DNA of 64,000 bases, taken from NCBI GenBank assembly GCA_963663165.1, contig OY760175.1:1952001-2016000 (forward strand). Direction: 5' to 3'. Source of the DNA: an uncultured Desulfospira sp. (GTDB taxonomy: Bacteria; Desulfobacterota; Desulfobacteria; Desulfobacterales; Desulfobacteraceae). The notes beneath the pieces are model-generated. The model searched no databases. It was given only the letters and a program-made list of their open reading frames with translations, and was not told where the DNA came from. Of the stretch, positions 1-10,624 are shown piece after piece. A program made the position numbers and the translations under genes. Each line of letters starts with the position of its first letter. The first letter of the stretch is position 1.

Positions 1-222
1 GAAACTTAACAGTTCAAGATCCATTTTTTCAGCCATTTCCAAGGGATTAAATTTAATATCAATCTTACCAATGGACGTTTTAATCATGAGTTCGGCTATG
101 CTGACAGCACTGAAAAACACTTCATTGGCAGGGGATTCAAGTTCGTATCGGCGGGTCTGAGACATTTTTTCCGGGCAGGAAAGCATCCACAGGAAAATGT
201 GCGTGTCTATGAGTATGCGCAT
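1..222 (-). CDS. PIN-domain (VapC-like) toxin, 3' end runs off the window
   Basis: Manual translation from ATG at 222: MRILIDTHIFLWML...FSAVSIAELMIK, a typical PIN N-terminus (LIDTH; S-x-x-S-x-x-E). Starts 2 nt after the antitoxin stop. Confidence 0.85.
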   Translation of the reverse strand, partial: MRILIDTHIFLWMLSCPEKMSQTRRYELESPANEVFFSAVSIAELMIKTSIGKIDIKFNPLEMAEKMDLELLSF

Positions 223-224
223 TA

Positions 225-452
225 TTAGTCACCATAGAACAGATCATTAATTTCCCGGCTTTCATCAAGAAAGTCATCAGGGATCTCTATTTGCCCTTTC
301 ATTAATCCAAGTTTACGCTTCGTTTTAGGTTTATGGGGCACCAGCCTTACAAGGGGAAGGTTATTTTTTGCAATAATAATATCTTCGCCCTGAAAAGCCA
401 TATCAACCAGCTTGGACAATTTTGCTTTTGCTTCAGATACATTAATGATCAT
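225..452 (-). CDS. Phd/YefM-family antitoxin
   Basis: INVSEAKAKLSKLV...GEDIIIAK...PLVRLVP motif; GGAG RBS upstream of ATG 452; directly upstream of the PIN gene. Confidence 0.85.
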   Translation of the reverse strand: MIINVSEAKAKLSKLVDMAFQGEDIIIAKNNLPLVRLVPHKPKTKRKLGLMKGQIEIPDDFLDESREINDLFYGD

Positions 453-777
453 TTTTCCCATCTCCGATTGGTTTGTAAAATAACTATTTTGACCAATATA
501 ACCCATTCAAACCAAGTGGGTCAAATTTATAATCGATGTTTAATTTGGGGGATTAAAACCTTACCCGTATTTTCAGCCTGTAATTCAGGGAACACGATAT
601 AAAATTGTCACAAATCAAATAAAGTCCCCCGAATTACGTAAATGGTATTTCAAATATCCCCGGTACCGGTACAGCCATATAAACCCCTGGGATTTTTTTC
701 ACCCAAATATGGCCATAACCATCACCCACCCAATGGATTACCGGCCCGGGAATATCTATATATAATGTTAAAAACCC

Positions 778-1881
778 TTAACGGCCCGGTTTGTTCATAG
801 ACTTTATTTTCAGAGCGATTCCTTTCCAGCGCTCTTTTTCAACGCGGTCGGCGCTTTTTTTGCTGCGCTCAGACAAATAGTCCAGTTCCCGCTTCATTTT
901 CCGGTAGTTTTCAAGGCGGTTTTCTGAGATCTCCCCCTGATGGACCGCCTCAAGGACCCGGCAGCCGGGTTCATGGGTATGGGTACAGTCTGAAAACCGG
1001 CATTCCACGGCAAAGCCGTCTATCTCCGGAAAGGCCGAGGCCATGCCCTGGTCAGCGTCCCAGAAAGCGATCTCCCGGATGCCGGGGTTGTCGATGATCA
1101 TCCCCCCTTCCGGCATCATGATCAGGTCCCGGGTGGTGGTGGTGTGTTTTCCCTTTCCCACATGGGCGCTGACATCACCGGTCACCTGGATCTCTTTGCC
1201 GTAGAGCCGGTTGAGCAGCGTGGATTTGCCCGCACCCGACGATCCCACCATAACGCAGGTCCGGCCGGGGGACAGATATGGATTCAGGCCGGCCAGGCCT
1301 GAATCGTCCAGGGCCGAAATCAGGTGGACGGGAACGCCGAAGGCCACCGCTTCCACCTGTGTTTCAAAGGGTTCAGGTGCGGTGTGAAGATCCGCTTTTG
1401 TCAGGATGATGACCGGGCTCAATCCGCAGTTGTAGACCAGGGTGACGTACCGCTCTATGCGGCGCAGGTTAAAGTCCCGGTCCAGGCCGCAGACAATGAA
1501 CACGGTGTCCAGGTTGGCGGCCATGACCTGTTCTTTTCTGGGCCGGGTATCCGGTTTGCCCTGGGTGCCGCTGGCCCCCCGGGACAAGGCGTTTTTGCGT
1601 ACCAGGACCTTTGAAATTACGGTCTCTTTCATCAAGACCCAGTCTCCTGTGACCGGGTACAGGGCCTGGGGGTCATGGTTGAGCTTTCCGGCCAGGGTGG
1701 CCAGCTGCTCGGTCTGGCCGTTGCTGGTACAAAACATGTTTTTCCTGACCCCGGTCACCCTGGCCGGGATAAGAGAGGGGTCTGAGATATGGTTTACCTG
1801 GGCCTGAAAATAGGATGTCCATCCCATGGGGGCCAGGGGGTGATTGCTGGGGATATTTTCTTTTCTTTCTTTGGTGTTCAT
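778..1881 (-). CDS. rsgA: Ribosome small subunit-dependent GTPase A
   Basis: Circularly permuted GTPase motifs (TKAD, GSSGAGKS, GKHTTT, DNPG) and C-terminal zinc finger CRFSDCTHTHEPGC. Confidence 0.93.
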   Translation of the reverse strand: MNTKERKENIPSNHPLAPMGWTSYFQAQVNHISDPSLIPARVTGVRKNMFCTSNGQTEQLATLAGKLNHDPQALYPVTGDWVLMKETVISKVLVRKNALSRGASGTQGKPDTRPRKEQVMAANLDTVFIVCGLDRDFNLRRIERYVTLVYNCGLSPVIILTKADLHTAPEPFETQVEAVAFGVPVHLISALDDSGLAGLNPYLSPGRTCVMVGSSGAGKSTLLNRLYGKEIQVTGDVSAHVGKGKHTTTTRDLIMMPEGGMIIDNPGIREIAFWDADQGMASAFPEIDGFAVECRFSDCTHTHEPGCRVLEAVHQGEISENRLENYRKMKRELDYLSERSKKSADRVEKERWKGIALKIKSMNKPGR

Positions 1882-2295
1882 TATTCAATCCTGCCTGTTG
1901 TAATCAGCGGTTTCAATTGGTTTTCTATGGGCATGCCACAGCATGCCCGGTACATTTGTGGGGATATATTCAAATAACATCGCCGTTGACGGCAGAAAGG
2001 CAATACCGATAGCGCGGCCCCGGCCGCAGAATCAGCCCGGGCAGATCAAAGAAATGAACAGTTTGTTTTTTGTCAGGCCCTGTTAATGGCAGGCCTGCAT
2101 TAATGATACATTCAGGCTTGTGATCAATTCTTTGCCGAAAGGTGTGCCTTTTTCCCGGCAACGGTTGACACAATATCCATTGATCTGATCAACATAAAAA
2201 CCCTCTTTACAGTTTGGTTGGTGGTAAAACGCCTCTCATATACCGGATAATCTTTAGGCTTGTCAAGGGTCTTTCGGATGGCAAGATGGACCATT

Positions 2296-2368
2296 GGTGG
2301 GCACAAAAAGCGTGCCCACCCGAACCCGGTACCTGGGTAGGGTGGGCAAAAGCGCAGCGTTGCCCACC
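2296..2368. repeat. Two REP palindromes downstream of RAYT
   Basis: ggtgggcac-aaaaagc-gtgcccacc (2296-2320) and GTAG-ggtgggcaa-N10-ttgcccacc (2337-2368). Confidence 0.85.
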
Positions 2369-2388
2369 ATTGCCACCATATTCGCTGA

Positions 2389-2937
2389 TTATTCCCCAAT
2401 ATCATAATCCGAAATGGGCATGGGTTTATTTCCCCAGTCTCCAGGATAAATACCCTTTTTGACATATCGATGGAATGTTGAATACGGCCAGTCCTTTACT
2501 TGTTTTACCAATTCATGTTTTACAGGATTGTAATGGATGTAATCCATGTGTATCCGGTAATCTTCATCATCCCGTATCAAATGTTCCCAGAAGCGCCTTT
2601 GCCAGATAGTGGTTTCCCGGTGTTTCTGTTTGGATGCATTCACCCATTCAGGTTTGTGAAATTTTTTTTTGGTACGCTTTGAGAAACCGGATTTAATCTG
2701 GCCCCAACGTCCTGAATAATTGGCGTCCCCTTTGGGCAATGTCCATATACAGTGCATGTGCTCAGGCAGTAGCACCCATGCGTCAATGGAAAACGGGTAT
2801 TTTTTCCGTACCCGGTCAATGCTCTCCCGCAATGCAAGCCGGCATTCCGGACGGTTGAAAAGCTTTCGGCGATGAAAAGTGACCACCGTAAAGAAAAATG
2901 TGCCTCCCGGCAAAAAAGCCCGCCGATAATTCGGCAT
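2389..2937 (-). mobile_element. REP-associated tyrosine transposase (RAYT, Y1/HUH family)
   Basis: MPNYRR...[13 protein letters not shown] motif [32 protein letters not shown]; flanked by REPs. Confidence 0.93.
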
Positions 2938-3019
2938 CGCCATCCTCCATGATGTATTGAAATCACATCGACTGCCGCGGTTCTATGGCCGCAGGCTTGT
3001 GAGGGACAAATGGTTAGCT

Positions 3020-3129
3020 GCGTTGCCCACCATTCTATTGTGTATGAATATAACATGTTGTGCTTAAATGATAAATTGGGCGGTGAATTCATGGATAATC
3101 GGTGGGCACAAAAAGCGTGCCCACCCTAC
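3020..3129. repeat. REP copy (3101-3129) and half copy (3020-3033) upstream of RAYT
   Basis: ggtgggcacaaaaagcgtgcccacc-CTAC has the same core as 2296-2320; gcgttgcccaccat matches 2357-2370. Confidence 0.85.
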
Positions 3130-3568
3130 CAATTTGTCTCAGAAGCCCAATAGTTTGAAACATAAGTGTATCTAATTAGACTCTTTGATACACCCCTCTT
3201 CTATTCCCGATCTGTTTTTCGCAAAAAAATATATGGCTTTTTTCATGGGGCGATGGGGGTGGTGCCTGCAGTCACGCTTCCTTAATCCATGGGCATCTTT
3301 GAGCTTTAACCCTGGTTCTGACACGAAATTATCTGGGTTTTCCTTTCCCCAACCCCAAATTGTGCCACCATGTGGTACGACACTTGAATGAAAATTTACA
3401 GGCTGTCATCCCCCCATGAAAACCGAACACCCTTGACAGGTAGTTTACCTGCCGTCCCAGGGGTGTATCAAAAAGGCGGGGTGACGGTTTTTTAAATTTA
3501 AGGGCGCCATGTCCGGTGTCGGCCAAATCTCGCCAGGAATGCGCCCTGGCTTAAAACAGGAGGAATTC

Positions 3569-5530
3569 ATGGAAAAAACAAACCTGAAAAACCCCGTAGC
3601 CGCATCAGAGCTGACCACCTGTGAAGCAACGGCCCAGATGCTGGAAAAGGCACGAAAAGACAATGTCGTAACCGCCCTGGACAGAGGGCATGAGATGAAG
3701 GCCTGTCCCATTGGCGCCGACTCAGCCTGCTGCAAGCACTGCTTTATGGGACCCTGCCGCTTAAACCCCAAGGACCCGTACAAGAAGGTGGGGATTTGCG
3801 GGGCCACCATTGACACCATCATGGCCAGGAACTTTGGGCGGATGGTGGCCTCGGGGTGTGCGTCCCACAATGACCACGGCATGCATATTCTCAAGCTGTT
3901 CAGGGAAGTGGTCACCGACAAAACCCAGGATTTCGGCATCAAGGATGTCCGGAAACTGGAAAAACTGGCCACATCTCTGGGCATTGAGGTTGAGGGCCGG
4001 ACCGTGGGGGAAGTGGGAAAAGACCTTTGCGATGAGCTTGAAAAAACCTTTACCGCCACTGAAGGGGAAATGCCCTTAACCCGGCTTGCCCCGGAAGAAA
4101 CCCTGAACACCTGGCGTAAAAACGGGGTGGTACCCAGGGGGTCCATGCGCGAGGTCATGGAAATGATGAGCCGGACCCATATCGGTTGCGACCAGGATCA
4201 TGAGAACCTGACCCGGCAGATCACCCGGACGGCCCTGGCCGACGGCTGGGGAGGCTCCATGGTGGCCACCGAGCTTTCGGACATCATGTTCGGGACCCCG
4301 GTGCCCGTCCAGGCCGATGTCAACATGGGGGTATTAAAAAAGGACCATGTCAACATCATTGTCCATGGTCATGAACCGGCCATGTTTGAGGCCATCCTGG
4401 CCGGGGTTAATGACCCGTTTTTTATTGGCCAGGCTACGGAAAAAGGGGCGGCCGGCATCAACCTGGTGGGCATGTGCTGCTCAGGTGCGGAGATGATGTC
4501 CCGCCACGGGGTTCCCCATGCCGGGAACTTCAGCTCCACGGAAGCGGTGCTGGTGACCGGGGCCGTGGACGCCATGGTGGTGGATATCCAGTGCATCAAA
4601 CAGGGCTTGGCCACCGTGGCCAGGGCCTATGATACCCATTTGATCACCACCAATCCCCGGTGCCGGATTGAAGGGGCCGAGCATGTGGAGTTCAATGAAA
4701 TGGATCCCAGAAAATGCACGGACGAGATCCTGGTCCGGGCCATTTCCCGGTTCAGCACCCGGTCGGTTCCCGTGGAGATCCCGTCCCAGACCCGGACCGG
4801 GATTCACGGGTTTACCCATGAGTATATTGAATACATGCTTGGGGGCAGTTTCAGGGGAAGCTATTCGCCTTTAAATGAAAACATTATCAACGGCCGGATC
4901 CGGGGGGTTGCCGGGGTGGTGGGGTGCACCAATCCCAAGGTCAAGCAGGATTGGGTTCATGTGGAGCTGGTCAGGGAACTGATCAAAAACGATGTCCTGG
5001 TCCTTCAGACCGGCTGTTCCCAGATTGCCCTGGCCAAAGCAGGCTTCCTGGTACCGGAAGCCGCGGTCATGGCAGGCCCGGGTCTGGCCGAAGTCTGCGA
5101 AACCGTCGGCATGCCGCCGGTCTTAGGGCTTGGCTCCTGTGTGGACAACACCCGGATCCTGATTGCCGCCACCGCCATGGTCAAGGCCGGGGGCCTTGGC
5201 AACAGCATTGCCGATCTGCCGGCCGCCGGCTGCGCCCCGGAATGGATGAGTGAAAAGGCCACGGCCATTGGCCATTACTTTGTGGCTTCAGGGGTGTACA
5301 CGGTGTTTGGCGTGGGATTTCCCATTGTTCAGGATACCAAGTACCACGACTATCTGTTCAACCAGATGGAAGGCCTTGGCTACGGCAAATGGGGCATGGC
5401 CCAGGACCCCCACGAAATCGCAAAGCTGATGATTGCCCATATTGACAAGAAACGCAAACAGCTGGGCATTGACAAGGCAAGGGAACGGGTTCTGGTGGAT
5501 ATGTCAGACCGAAGGGACCTGGCCTCTTAG
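3569..5530 (+). CDS. cooS: Anaerobic Ni,Fe carbon monoxide dehydrogenase catalytic subunit
   Basis: CPIG..SACCKHCFMGPC (D/B clusters), C-cluster ligands HGHEP, GMCC, VGCTNP, TGC, GSCVD, and EWMSEKA; AGGAGG RBS before ATG 3569. Confidence 0.95.
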   Translation: MEKTNLKNPVAASELTTCEATAQMLEKARKDNVVTALDRGHEMKACPIGADSACCKHCFMGPCRLNPKDPYKKVGICGATIDTIMARNFGRMVASGCASHNDHGMHILKLFREVVTDKTQDFGIKDVRKLEKLATSLGIEVEGRTVGEVGKDLCDELEKTFTATEGEMPLTRLAPEETLNTWRKNGVVPRGSMREVMEMMSRTHIGCDQDHENLTRQITRTALADGWGGSMVATELSDIMFGTPVPVQADVNMGVLKKDHVNIIVHGHEPAMFEAILAGVNDPFFIGQATEKGAAGINLVGMCCSGAEMMSRHGVPHAGNFSSTEAVLVTGAVDAMVVDIQCIKQGLATVARAYDTHLITTNPRCRIEGAEHVEFNEMDPRKCTDEILVRAISRFSTRSVPVEIPSQTRTGIHGFTHEYIEYMLGGSFRGSYSPLNENIINGRIRGVAGVVGCTNPKVKQDWVHVELVRELIKNDVLVLQTGCSQIALAKAGFLVPEAAVMAGPGLAEVCETVGMPPVLGLGSCVDNTRILIAATAMVKAGGLGNSIADLPAAGCAPEWMSEKATAIGHYFVASGVYTVFGVGFPIVQDTKYHDYLFNQMEGLGYGKWGMAQDPHEIAKLMIAHIDKKRKQLGIDKARERVLVDMSDRRDLAS

Positions 5531-5653
5531 ATGGCGTTTGAACGAGAAGTCACCCATCTGCTGCGTGCAGGCATTAAATAATAACCACCATATGGCCCGG
5601 GCTGTTTTTTGACATGCCCGGGCCTGATTTATGACCGGTATCGGATATCCGGA

Positions 5654-6391
5654 TCAGGCATCGCCGGGCTCAAAGATATACCCTACGGACCGGCGGCTTT
5701 TGAAAAATTCCGGTTCTTTGGGGTTTTTCTCAAAATACTTTCTGAACCTGACAATAAAATTATCCACAGTCCTGGTGGAGGTGCCGCTGGAGTATCCCCA
5801 GCCGGCATCAAGAAGGGTTTCCCGGGAAAGGGGCTTGCCCTTGTTGGCAATAAAAATTTTGAGCAGCACGGCCTCCTGCTCGGTTAAAATAATTGTTCCG
5901 GCAGCACAACGGGCCTCAAAGGTCACAAAATCAACCCGGTTGGGGCCAAATTCATAATGGTCTCCTGAAAAAATGCCGGTTTCGCCCTTGTTTTCGGTCT
6001 TTTCCCCATACCAGTCTTTTTTCTTGAGCAGCCGGCCCACCCGAAGCAGAAATTCCTCGAGATCAAAGGGCTTGGACAGGTAGTCGTCCACCCCGAACTG
6101 CAACCCCTTGACCTTGTCTTTGGTATCCCCCCTGGCCGACAGAATCAGGACCGGGATTTTTTCATCCTCGTTCCGGATGGTTTTCAAAATGGAAAACCCG
6201 TCCAGCATGGGCAGCATCACATCCAGGACAATGAGATCCGGACGCCACTGGCGCCACTGTTCAAGCCCGTCGATGCCGTCCGGGGCAATGCTGGTGTCAT
6301 AGCCTGCCAGGGAAAGGTTGAGCTGAATGCCTTCGGCAATATGGGCCTCGTCTTCTATGACCAGAATACGCTTTTTTCCAGACGCTTCCAT
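5654..6391 (-). CDS. OmpR-family response regulator
   Basis: Receiver (VIEDE, LDVMLP, KPF) plus winged helix (TRTVDNFIVRFRK). Confidence 0.92.
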   Translation of the reverse strand: MEASGKKRILVIEDEAHIAEGIQLNLSLAGYDTSIAPDGIDGLEQWRQWRPDLIVLDVMLPMLDGFSILKTIRNEDEKIPVLILSARGDTKDKVKGLQFGVDDYLSKPFDLEEFLLRVGRLLKKKDWYGEKTENKGETGIFSGDHYEFGPNRVDFVTFEARCAAGTIILTEQEAVLLKIFIANKGKPLSRETLLDAGWGYSSGTSTRTVDNFIVRFRKYFEKNPKEPEFFKSRRSVGYIFEPGDA

Positions 6392-7377
6392 AATTTCTTC
6401 TCCCTGACGTTGGCAATGCTTGCCCGTGGAATGGTGATGGTGAATTTAGCCCCTTTTCCTTTTCCCTCACTGGATACCGACGCCCGCCACCCATGGATGG
6501 CCGCGATACTGGACACCAGGTACAGCCCTAAACCGGAACCGGTTTTCCGCCCGGCCCGGCCGGCCTGATAGAATTTTCTGAAAATCTTTTTGGCCTCTTT
6601 TTTGTCCACCCCGATGCCGTTGTCGATGAAATCAACGGTCACCTTCTGTAAATATCCCCTGAAAACAATTTTAAGTTCGGGCTGATCCGATTCATTGTAT
6701 TTAATGGCATTGGAAATGATGTTCATGAGCAGCATTTCAAATAAAAACAGGTTGACCGGATAAATAAAATCCGCCCCTGAAGGGTTGGATATCTCAATGT
6801 TGCATTCCCGGAAAAGGGACGCGTTTTTTTCACAAAAATTCTCCACCAGCACCACTAAGCTCTCCCGGGTCACTTCAGAGCCGAAATTCTGGCTTTCGAT
6901 CCGGGCCAGGTTCAGGATCCGGTCAATATTTTCGGTCAGCCGGTTGATGTCTTCAAGCATGCCCCGGCTGTACTTTTTAATATCCGACGGGTCCAGGGGA
7001 TGGCGGATGAAGGTCTCAAGATAAAGCCTTAAGGAAGTGACCGGGGTTTTGAGTTCATGGGTAAAGTTGTAAATAAAATTATGCTGGAGCCGGAACATGT
7101 TCATGGTTTTCTGATAATAGATAAAGGCCAGCAGGATTCCGGCTAAGACAACCGTGATCAGCAGGCTTAACACCATGATGGTCATCCCGGTTTTGGTGGG
7201 AAAGATCAGTTTGGGGTCAATGTTGAATTTTAAGATAATCACCTCAAGGGCCGAGGTGATTTCCATGTAAAGGCTGACCGTCAGGACCAGAAACGTGGCC
7301 AGGGCAAAAATGGAACAGGCAAAGATAAATACCGGGTGCAGATACCACCTGGACGGATTTAAAATCGGCAGGGGCAC
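6355..7377 (-). CDS. Membrane sensor histidine kinase
   Basis: Two hydrophobic segments, H-box THELKTP, NAIKY, DNGIG, GSGLGL. Confidence 0.92.
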   Translation of the reverse strand: MPLPILNPSRWYLHPVFIFACSIFALATFLVLTVSLYMEITSALEVIILKFNIDPKLIFPTKTGMTIMVLSLLITVVLAGILLAFIYYQKTMNMFRLQHNFIYNFTHELKTPVTSLRLYLETFIRHPLDPSDIKKYSRGMLEDINRLTENIDRILNLARIESQNFGSEVTRESLVVLVENFCEKNASLFRECNIEISNPSGADFIYPVNLFLFEMLLMNIISNAIKYNESDQPELKIVFRGYLQKVTVDFIDNGIGVDKKEAKKIFRKFYQAGRAGRKTGSGLGLYLVSSIAAIHGWRASVSSEGKGKGAKFTITIPRASIANVREKKLWKRLEKSVFWS

Positions 7378-7379
7378 GG

Positions 7380-8621
7380 TTAAATTTCCTTTGCTTTGGC
7401 CAAAGCCGGGGTTGAAGGGAAGGTCATGGTCAGGCAGATTCCCTTTTGCCGCCCGGTTTCCAGGGCGACTTTGCCATTCAGGGTCCGGGTCACCAGGTTA
7501 AAGACAACGGACATGCCAAGCCCTGCCCCGCCTTTGCCCCGGGTGGTGGTATAAAACGGATCAAATGCTTTTTCCTGCTGGTCTTTTGTCATGCCGCACC
7601 CGTTATCCTGGTAAACCAGATGGACCATACCGCCATCCGCCGTGGCCCGGATATGAATTTGCCCCTTGTCCATATCCTTGAAGCCATGAACCAGGGAATT
7701 GGTAATCAGGTTGTTTAAGATCTGATACACGGCCCCGGGATAGGAGTTCAGGCGAATCTGGGCATCACACGCCACCTCAATCCGGTGGCCGGTTTTCCTG
7801 TACCGCGGCCCTAAGCTTACCAGGACCTCATTGATATATTCTTTAAGGCTGAACACCCGTTTGATCTGGGTGGACTGGTCCACGGCCACCTGTTTAAAAC
7901 TTGAAATCAGCTCTGCGGCCCGTTCCATGTTGATCAGGATGGAGCGGGCCGCCTCTTTGGCCGCATAAAGGTAATCTTCGAGCTGCCCTCTTTTGAGCTG
8001 GCCCGATTCATAGGCTTTTCCAATCTCCTTTGTCTTGGCTTCCAGAAACGAGGCCGCGGTTACCCCGATGCCCACCGGGGTATTGATCTCATGGGCCACC
8101 CCGGCCACCAGCTCTCCCAATGCCGCCATTTTTTCCGACTGCACCAGCTGGTCCCGGGTCAGTTCAAGGGTCTCAAGGGAGAGGTTCAGCTCCTTATTGG
8201 CCTTTTCAAGTTCCTGCTGGTACCGGTTGGTTTCATTGAGCAGCCGCTTACGTTCCAGGGCCTTGTTCACGGCCAGGACCAGTACATTCATGTCATGGAC
8301 GGGCTTGATAATATAATCCCAGGCCCCCCGTTTCATGGCTTCAACCGTATCGGATATGCTCCCGGCCCCGGACACGATGATGACCGGCGTTTCCTGTTTT
8401 CTTTCGGCCACGGCCGATAGCACATCAAGCCCGCTCATGACCGGCATGAGAAGATCGCAGAAAACAAGGTCCGGGTTCTGAGCATCCAGTTTTTCAAGCC
8501 CCTGTTTTCCGTTCTCCGCCTCAATGACCTCAAAGCCTGAATCGGCCAGATAGTCGGCCATGCTCTCCCGAACGAAACGCTCGTCATCAATAATCAGGAT
8601 TTTTCCGGTATGGTCGGTCAT
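7380..8621 (-). CDS. Receiver-histidine kinase hybrid (NtrB-type)
   Basis: N-terminal receiver (IIDDE, DLLMP, KP), AHEINTP, DNGCG, GAGLGM. Confidence 0.9.
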   Translation of the reverse strand: MTDHTGKILIIDDERFVRESMADYLADSGFEVIEAENGKQGLEKLDAQNPDLVFCDLLMPVMSGLDVLSAVAERKQETPVIIVSGAGSISDTVEAMKRGAWDYIIKPVHDMNVLVLAVNKALERKRLLNETNRYQQELEKANKELNLSLETLELTRDQLVQSEKMAALGELVAGVAHEINTPVGIGVTAASFLEAKTKEIGKAYESGQLKRGQLEDYLYAAKEAARSILINMERAAELISSFKQVAVDQSTQIKRVFSLKEYINEVLVSLGPRYRKTGHRIEVACDAQIRLNSYPGAVYQILNNLITNSLVHGFKDMDKGQIHIRATADGGMVHLVYQDNGCGMTKDQQEKAFDPFYTTTRGKGGAGLGMSVVFNLVTRTLNGKVALETGRQKGICLTMTFPSTPALAKAKEI

Positions 8622-8640
8622 ATTCCCCTTTGGGTTATCC

Positions 8641-9009
8641 TTATCGGTTCAGCAAGGCCTTCATCCGGTTTAAATCGGCCACCGGCTTGATCAGCACCAG
8701 TTCCTCAGTTATGCCAAGCTTCCGGACCGCCTCGGGAATGGCATAATCCGCCGATCCCGTATGGACAATAACCTTCATCCGGGGCGCTATTTTTAAGGCT
8801 TGAACAATAAAATGGTTTCCATCTTCACCGGGCAGGCGGATATCCACCACCGCATGGTCAATCCGGTTTTCTTTTATTATATTCAGGGCCTGTTCTGTGG
8901 AACAGGCCTCAAACGCCACATACCCTTCGTCTTCCATAAAAGCGACAATACTATCCCGGATGGTTTGTTCATCATCCAGAATCAGCAAATGCAACGGCTC
9001 GCTGGCCAT
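8641..9009 (-). CDS. Single-domain response regulator
   Basis: ILDDE, VDIRLP, HTG and KP receiver motifs in 122 aa. Confidence 0.88.
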   Translation of the reverse strand: MASEPLHLLILDDEQTIRDSIVAFMEDEGYVAFEACSTEQALNIIKENRIDHAVVDIRLPGEDGNHFIVQALKIAPRMKVIVHTGSADYAIPEAVRKLGITEELVLIKPVADLNRMKALLNR

Positions 9010-9163
9010 ACCGTTCCCTCTTTAAGTGTTGGTATAAAATTTACGGGCTTTATAATAACACCCAAAGCTTTTGGTTTAAAAGATTATTTTTGTCTTTGAG
9101 GATCTGTCAAAGAAGATTCAGACTTCATCCGGATTCCCGCGACCGGTCTTCCGGTCTCCGTCC

Positions 9164-10624
9164 TTATATCCCAATCACCTTATTCATGGGGATGCCAAGG
9201 TCCGGGTCCCCCTTGATCACGGCAAAGGACTTCACGCCCGGGGCCCTGGAGATGTTTTTCGGGCAAAGATAAATATTTTTCATCTGAATTTCCATGAACA
9301 GCTCTGTGGGGGGCGGCCATTTGGATTTGATGCACAGGTCCCGGGCAAGGCTGTACACGTCTTCAAGCTGGTCAATTTTCTGGATATGGTCCACATGAAG
9401 AAAAATTTCATCAAAGCCATCAAACGCATCCCGGATCCATCCCGTGTTTGAAAATTTCTCCGCATATACCGCCTGGATTCCCATTTTCTTAGAAAGGTCC
9501 CGTATAAATGCCATGGTCCGGTCAAACACCATCTCTTTCTGGTCAAGAAGCCCGGACCTGCTGAAATCCGGCAGATCATCCCTGAAGGCCCGGACCGTCT
9601 CCACAGCGTCCAGGGCCAGGATGGTATACTCGCTTTGGTGGGGACAAAAAATATTGTGCCGGGTCTTAGAGATACCGGTATCGCTGATATAAAGGGGCAG
9701 CATGTGGGCCTTCATCACAAAATCCCCGTCCAGATAGACTTTCAAAATCTGATAATTCTGGTCCAGAATCCATGAAAAAATAGTCCAGAAAATGTTTTCT
9801 ATACGGATGTCAGTCTGAAAATTTCTCTTGTCGGCCGTGCAGTCCCCGGTCAATTTCCCGAGCATCAGGTAGGAGGCGTCCCTGGCGGCAAATTCAAACT
9901 CAACGCCGTTACCCCTGATCCCGCAAAGGCCATCAAGCCCTTTCAAATGGAAACTGTCCGGCAGTTTCAAAAGCAATGCCGCCACCTCGTCGGCATACAT
10001 CTTCAGGACATGGGGATCAGGGAAAGGAAATTCGCCGGACAGGACCTCGGCCGTCTTTTTTAGAATTTGAACAGCCTTGACCCGGTCTAAGGCCAATCTG
10101 GTCTGCTCTTTTTTGAGCCCGTTGTCAAGCCGGTCCGCTTTTTTGGACAGGATCCGGATCAGGGTGTCGTACAGATCCGGATCCGGTATGCAGTTCACGA
10201 TTTCTTTTCTGACCAGGCCCGTTTCAACCAGATCGGTTCTGATATCCCGTGTCAGCAGGTCCGTAAAAACCGCCTCGTTGTCCCGGATCATGTTCACCAG
10301 GGTTGCGGGGTCATTGATATTGGACAAAAAACAAGGATCAAACCCGAATTCAGAAGGGTAATCCCGGTGCCAGGATTTAAAAAAGGAAAGCACATCGCCT
10401 TTGAGATTATGCCCCTCATTTTCGAGGCGCTCCCGGAGGAATTTCCCAAGATCCAGGTTCAGCCCCTTTTTGTTTTTTCTCCCCTTTTTGACGGGAACCA
10501 GGCCGTAAGAGCTGGGCAGCCGGCCAAACTCTTTTCCGGCCTGCCGCAACGGGATGTCAATGGGGCCTGATTTTTGTGAAAACCCTAAGACAACCGGGTT
10601 ATATTCGGGCTGCGGGTCAGGCAT
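9164..10624 (-). CDS. Hypothetical protein (486 aa)
   Basis: Long ORF abutting the upstream kinase stop; no motif recognised. Confidence 0.7.
   Translation of the reverse strand: MPDPQPEYNPVVLGFSQKSGPIDIPLRQAGKEFGRLPSSYGLVPVKKGRKNKKGLNLDLGKFLRERLENEGHNLKGDVLSFFKSWHRDYPSEFGFDPCFLSNINDPATLVNMIRDNEAVFTDLLTRDIRTDLVETGLVRKEIVNCIPDPDLYDTLIRILSKKADRLDNGLKKEQTRLALDRVKAVQILKKTAEVLSGEFPFPDPHVLKMYADEVAALLLKLPDSFHLKGLDGLCGIRGNGVEFEFAARDASYLMLGKLTGDCTADKRNFQTDIRIENIFWTIFSWILDQNYQILKVYLDGDFVMKAHMLPLYISDTGISKTRHNIFCPHQSEYTILALDAVETVRAFRDDLPDFSRSGLLDQKEMVFDRTMAFIRDLSKKMGIQAVYAEKFSNTGWIRDAFDGFDEIFLHVDHIQKIDQLEDVYSLARDLCIKSKWPPPTELFMEIQMKNIYLCPKNISRAPGVKSFAVIKGDPDLGIPMNKVIGI

Noticed and set aside
1890..2290. 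Small ORFs or attenuator upstream of rsgA
   Set aside because: No RBS-supported ORF or recognisable motif.
3445..4158. 237-aa antisense ORF, and similar shadows such as 32093-32800 and 33547-34245
   Set aside because: Antisense to well-supported genes and without motifs.
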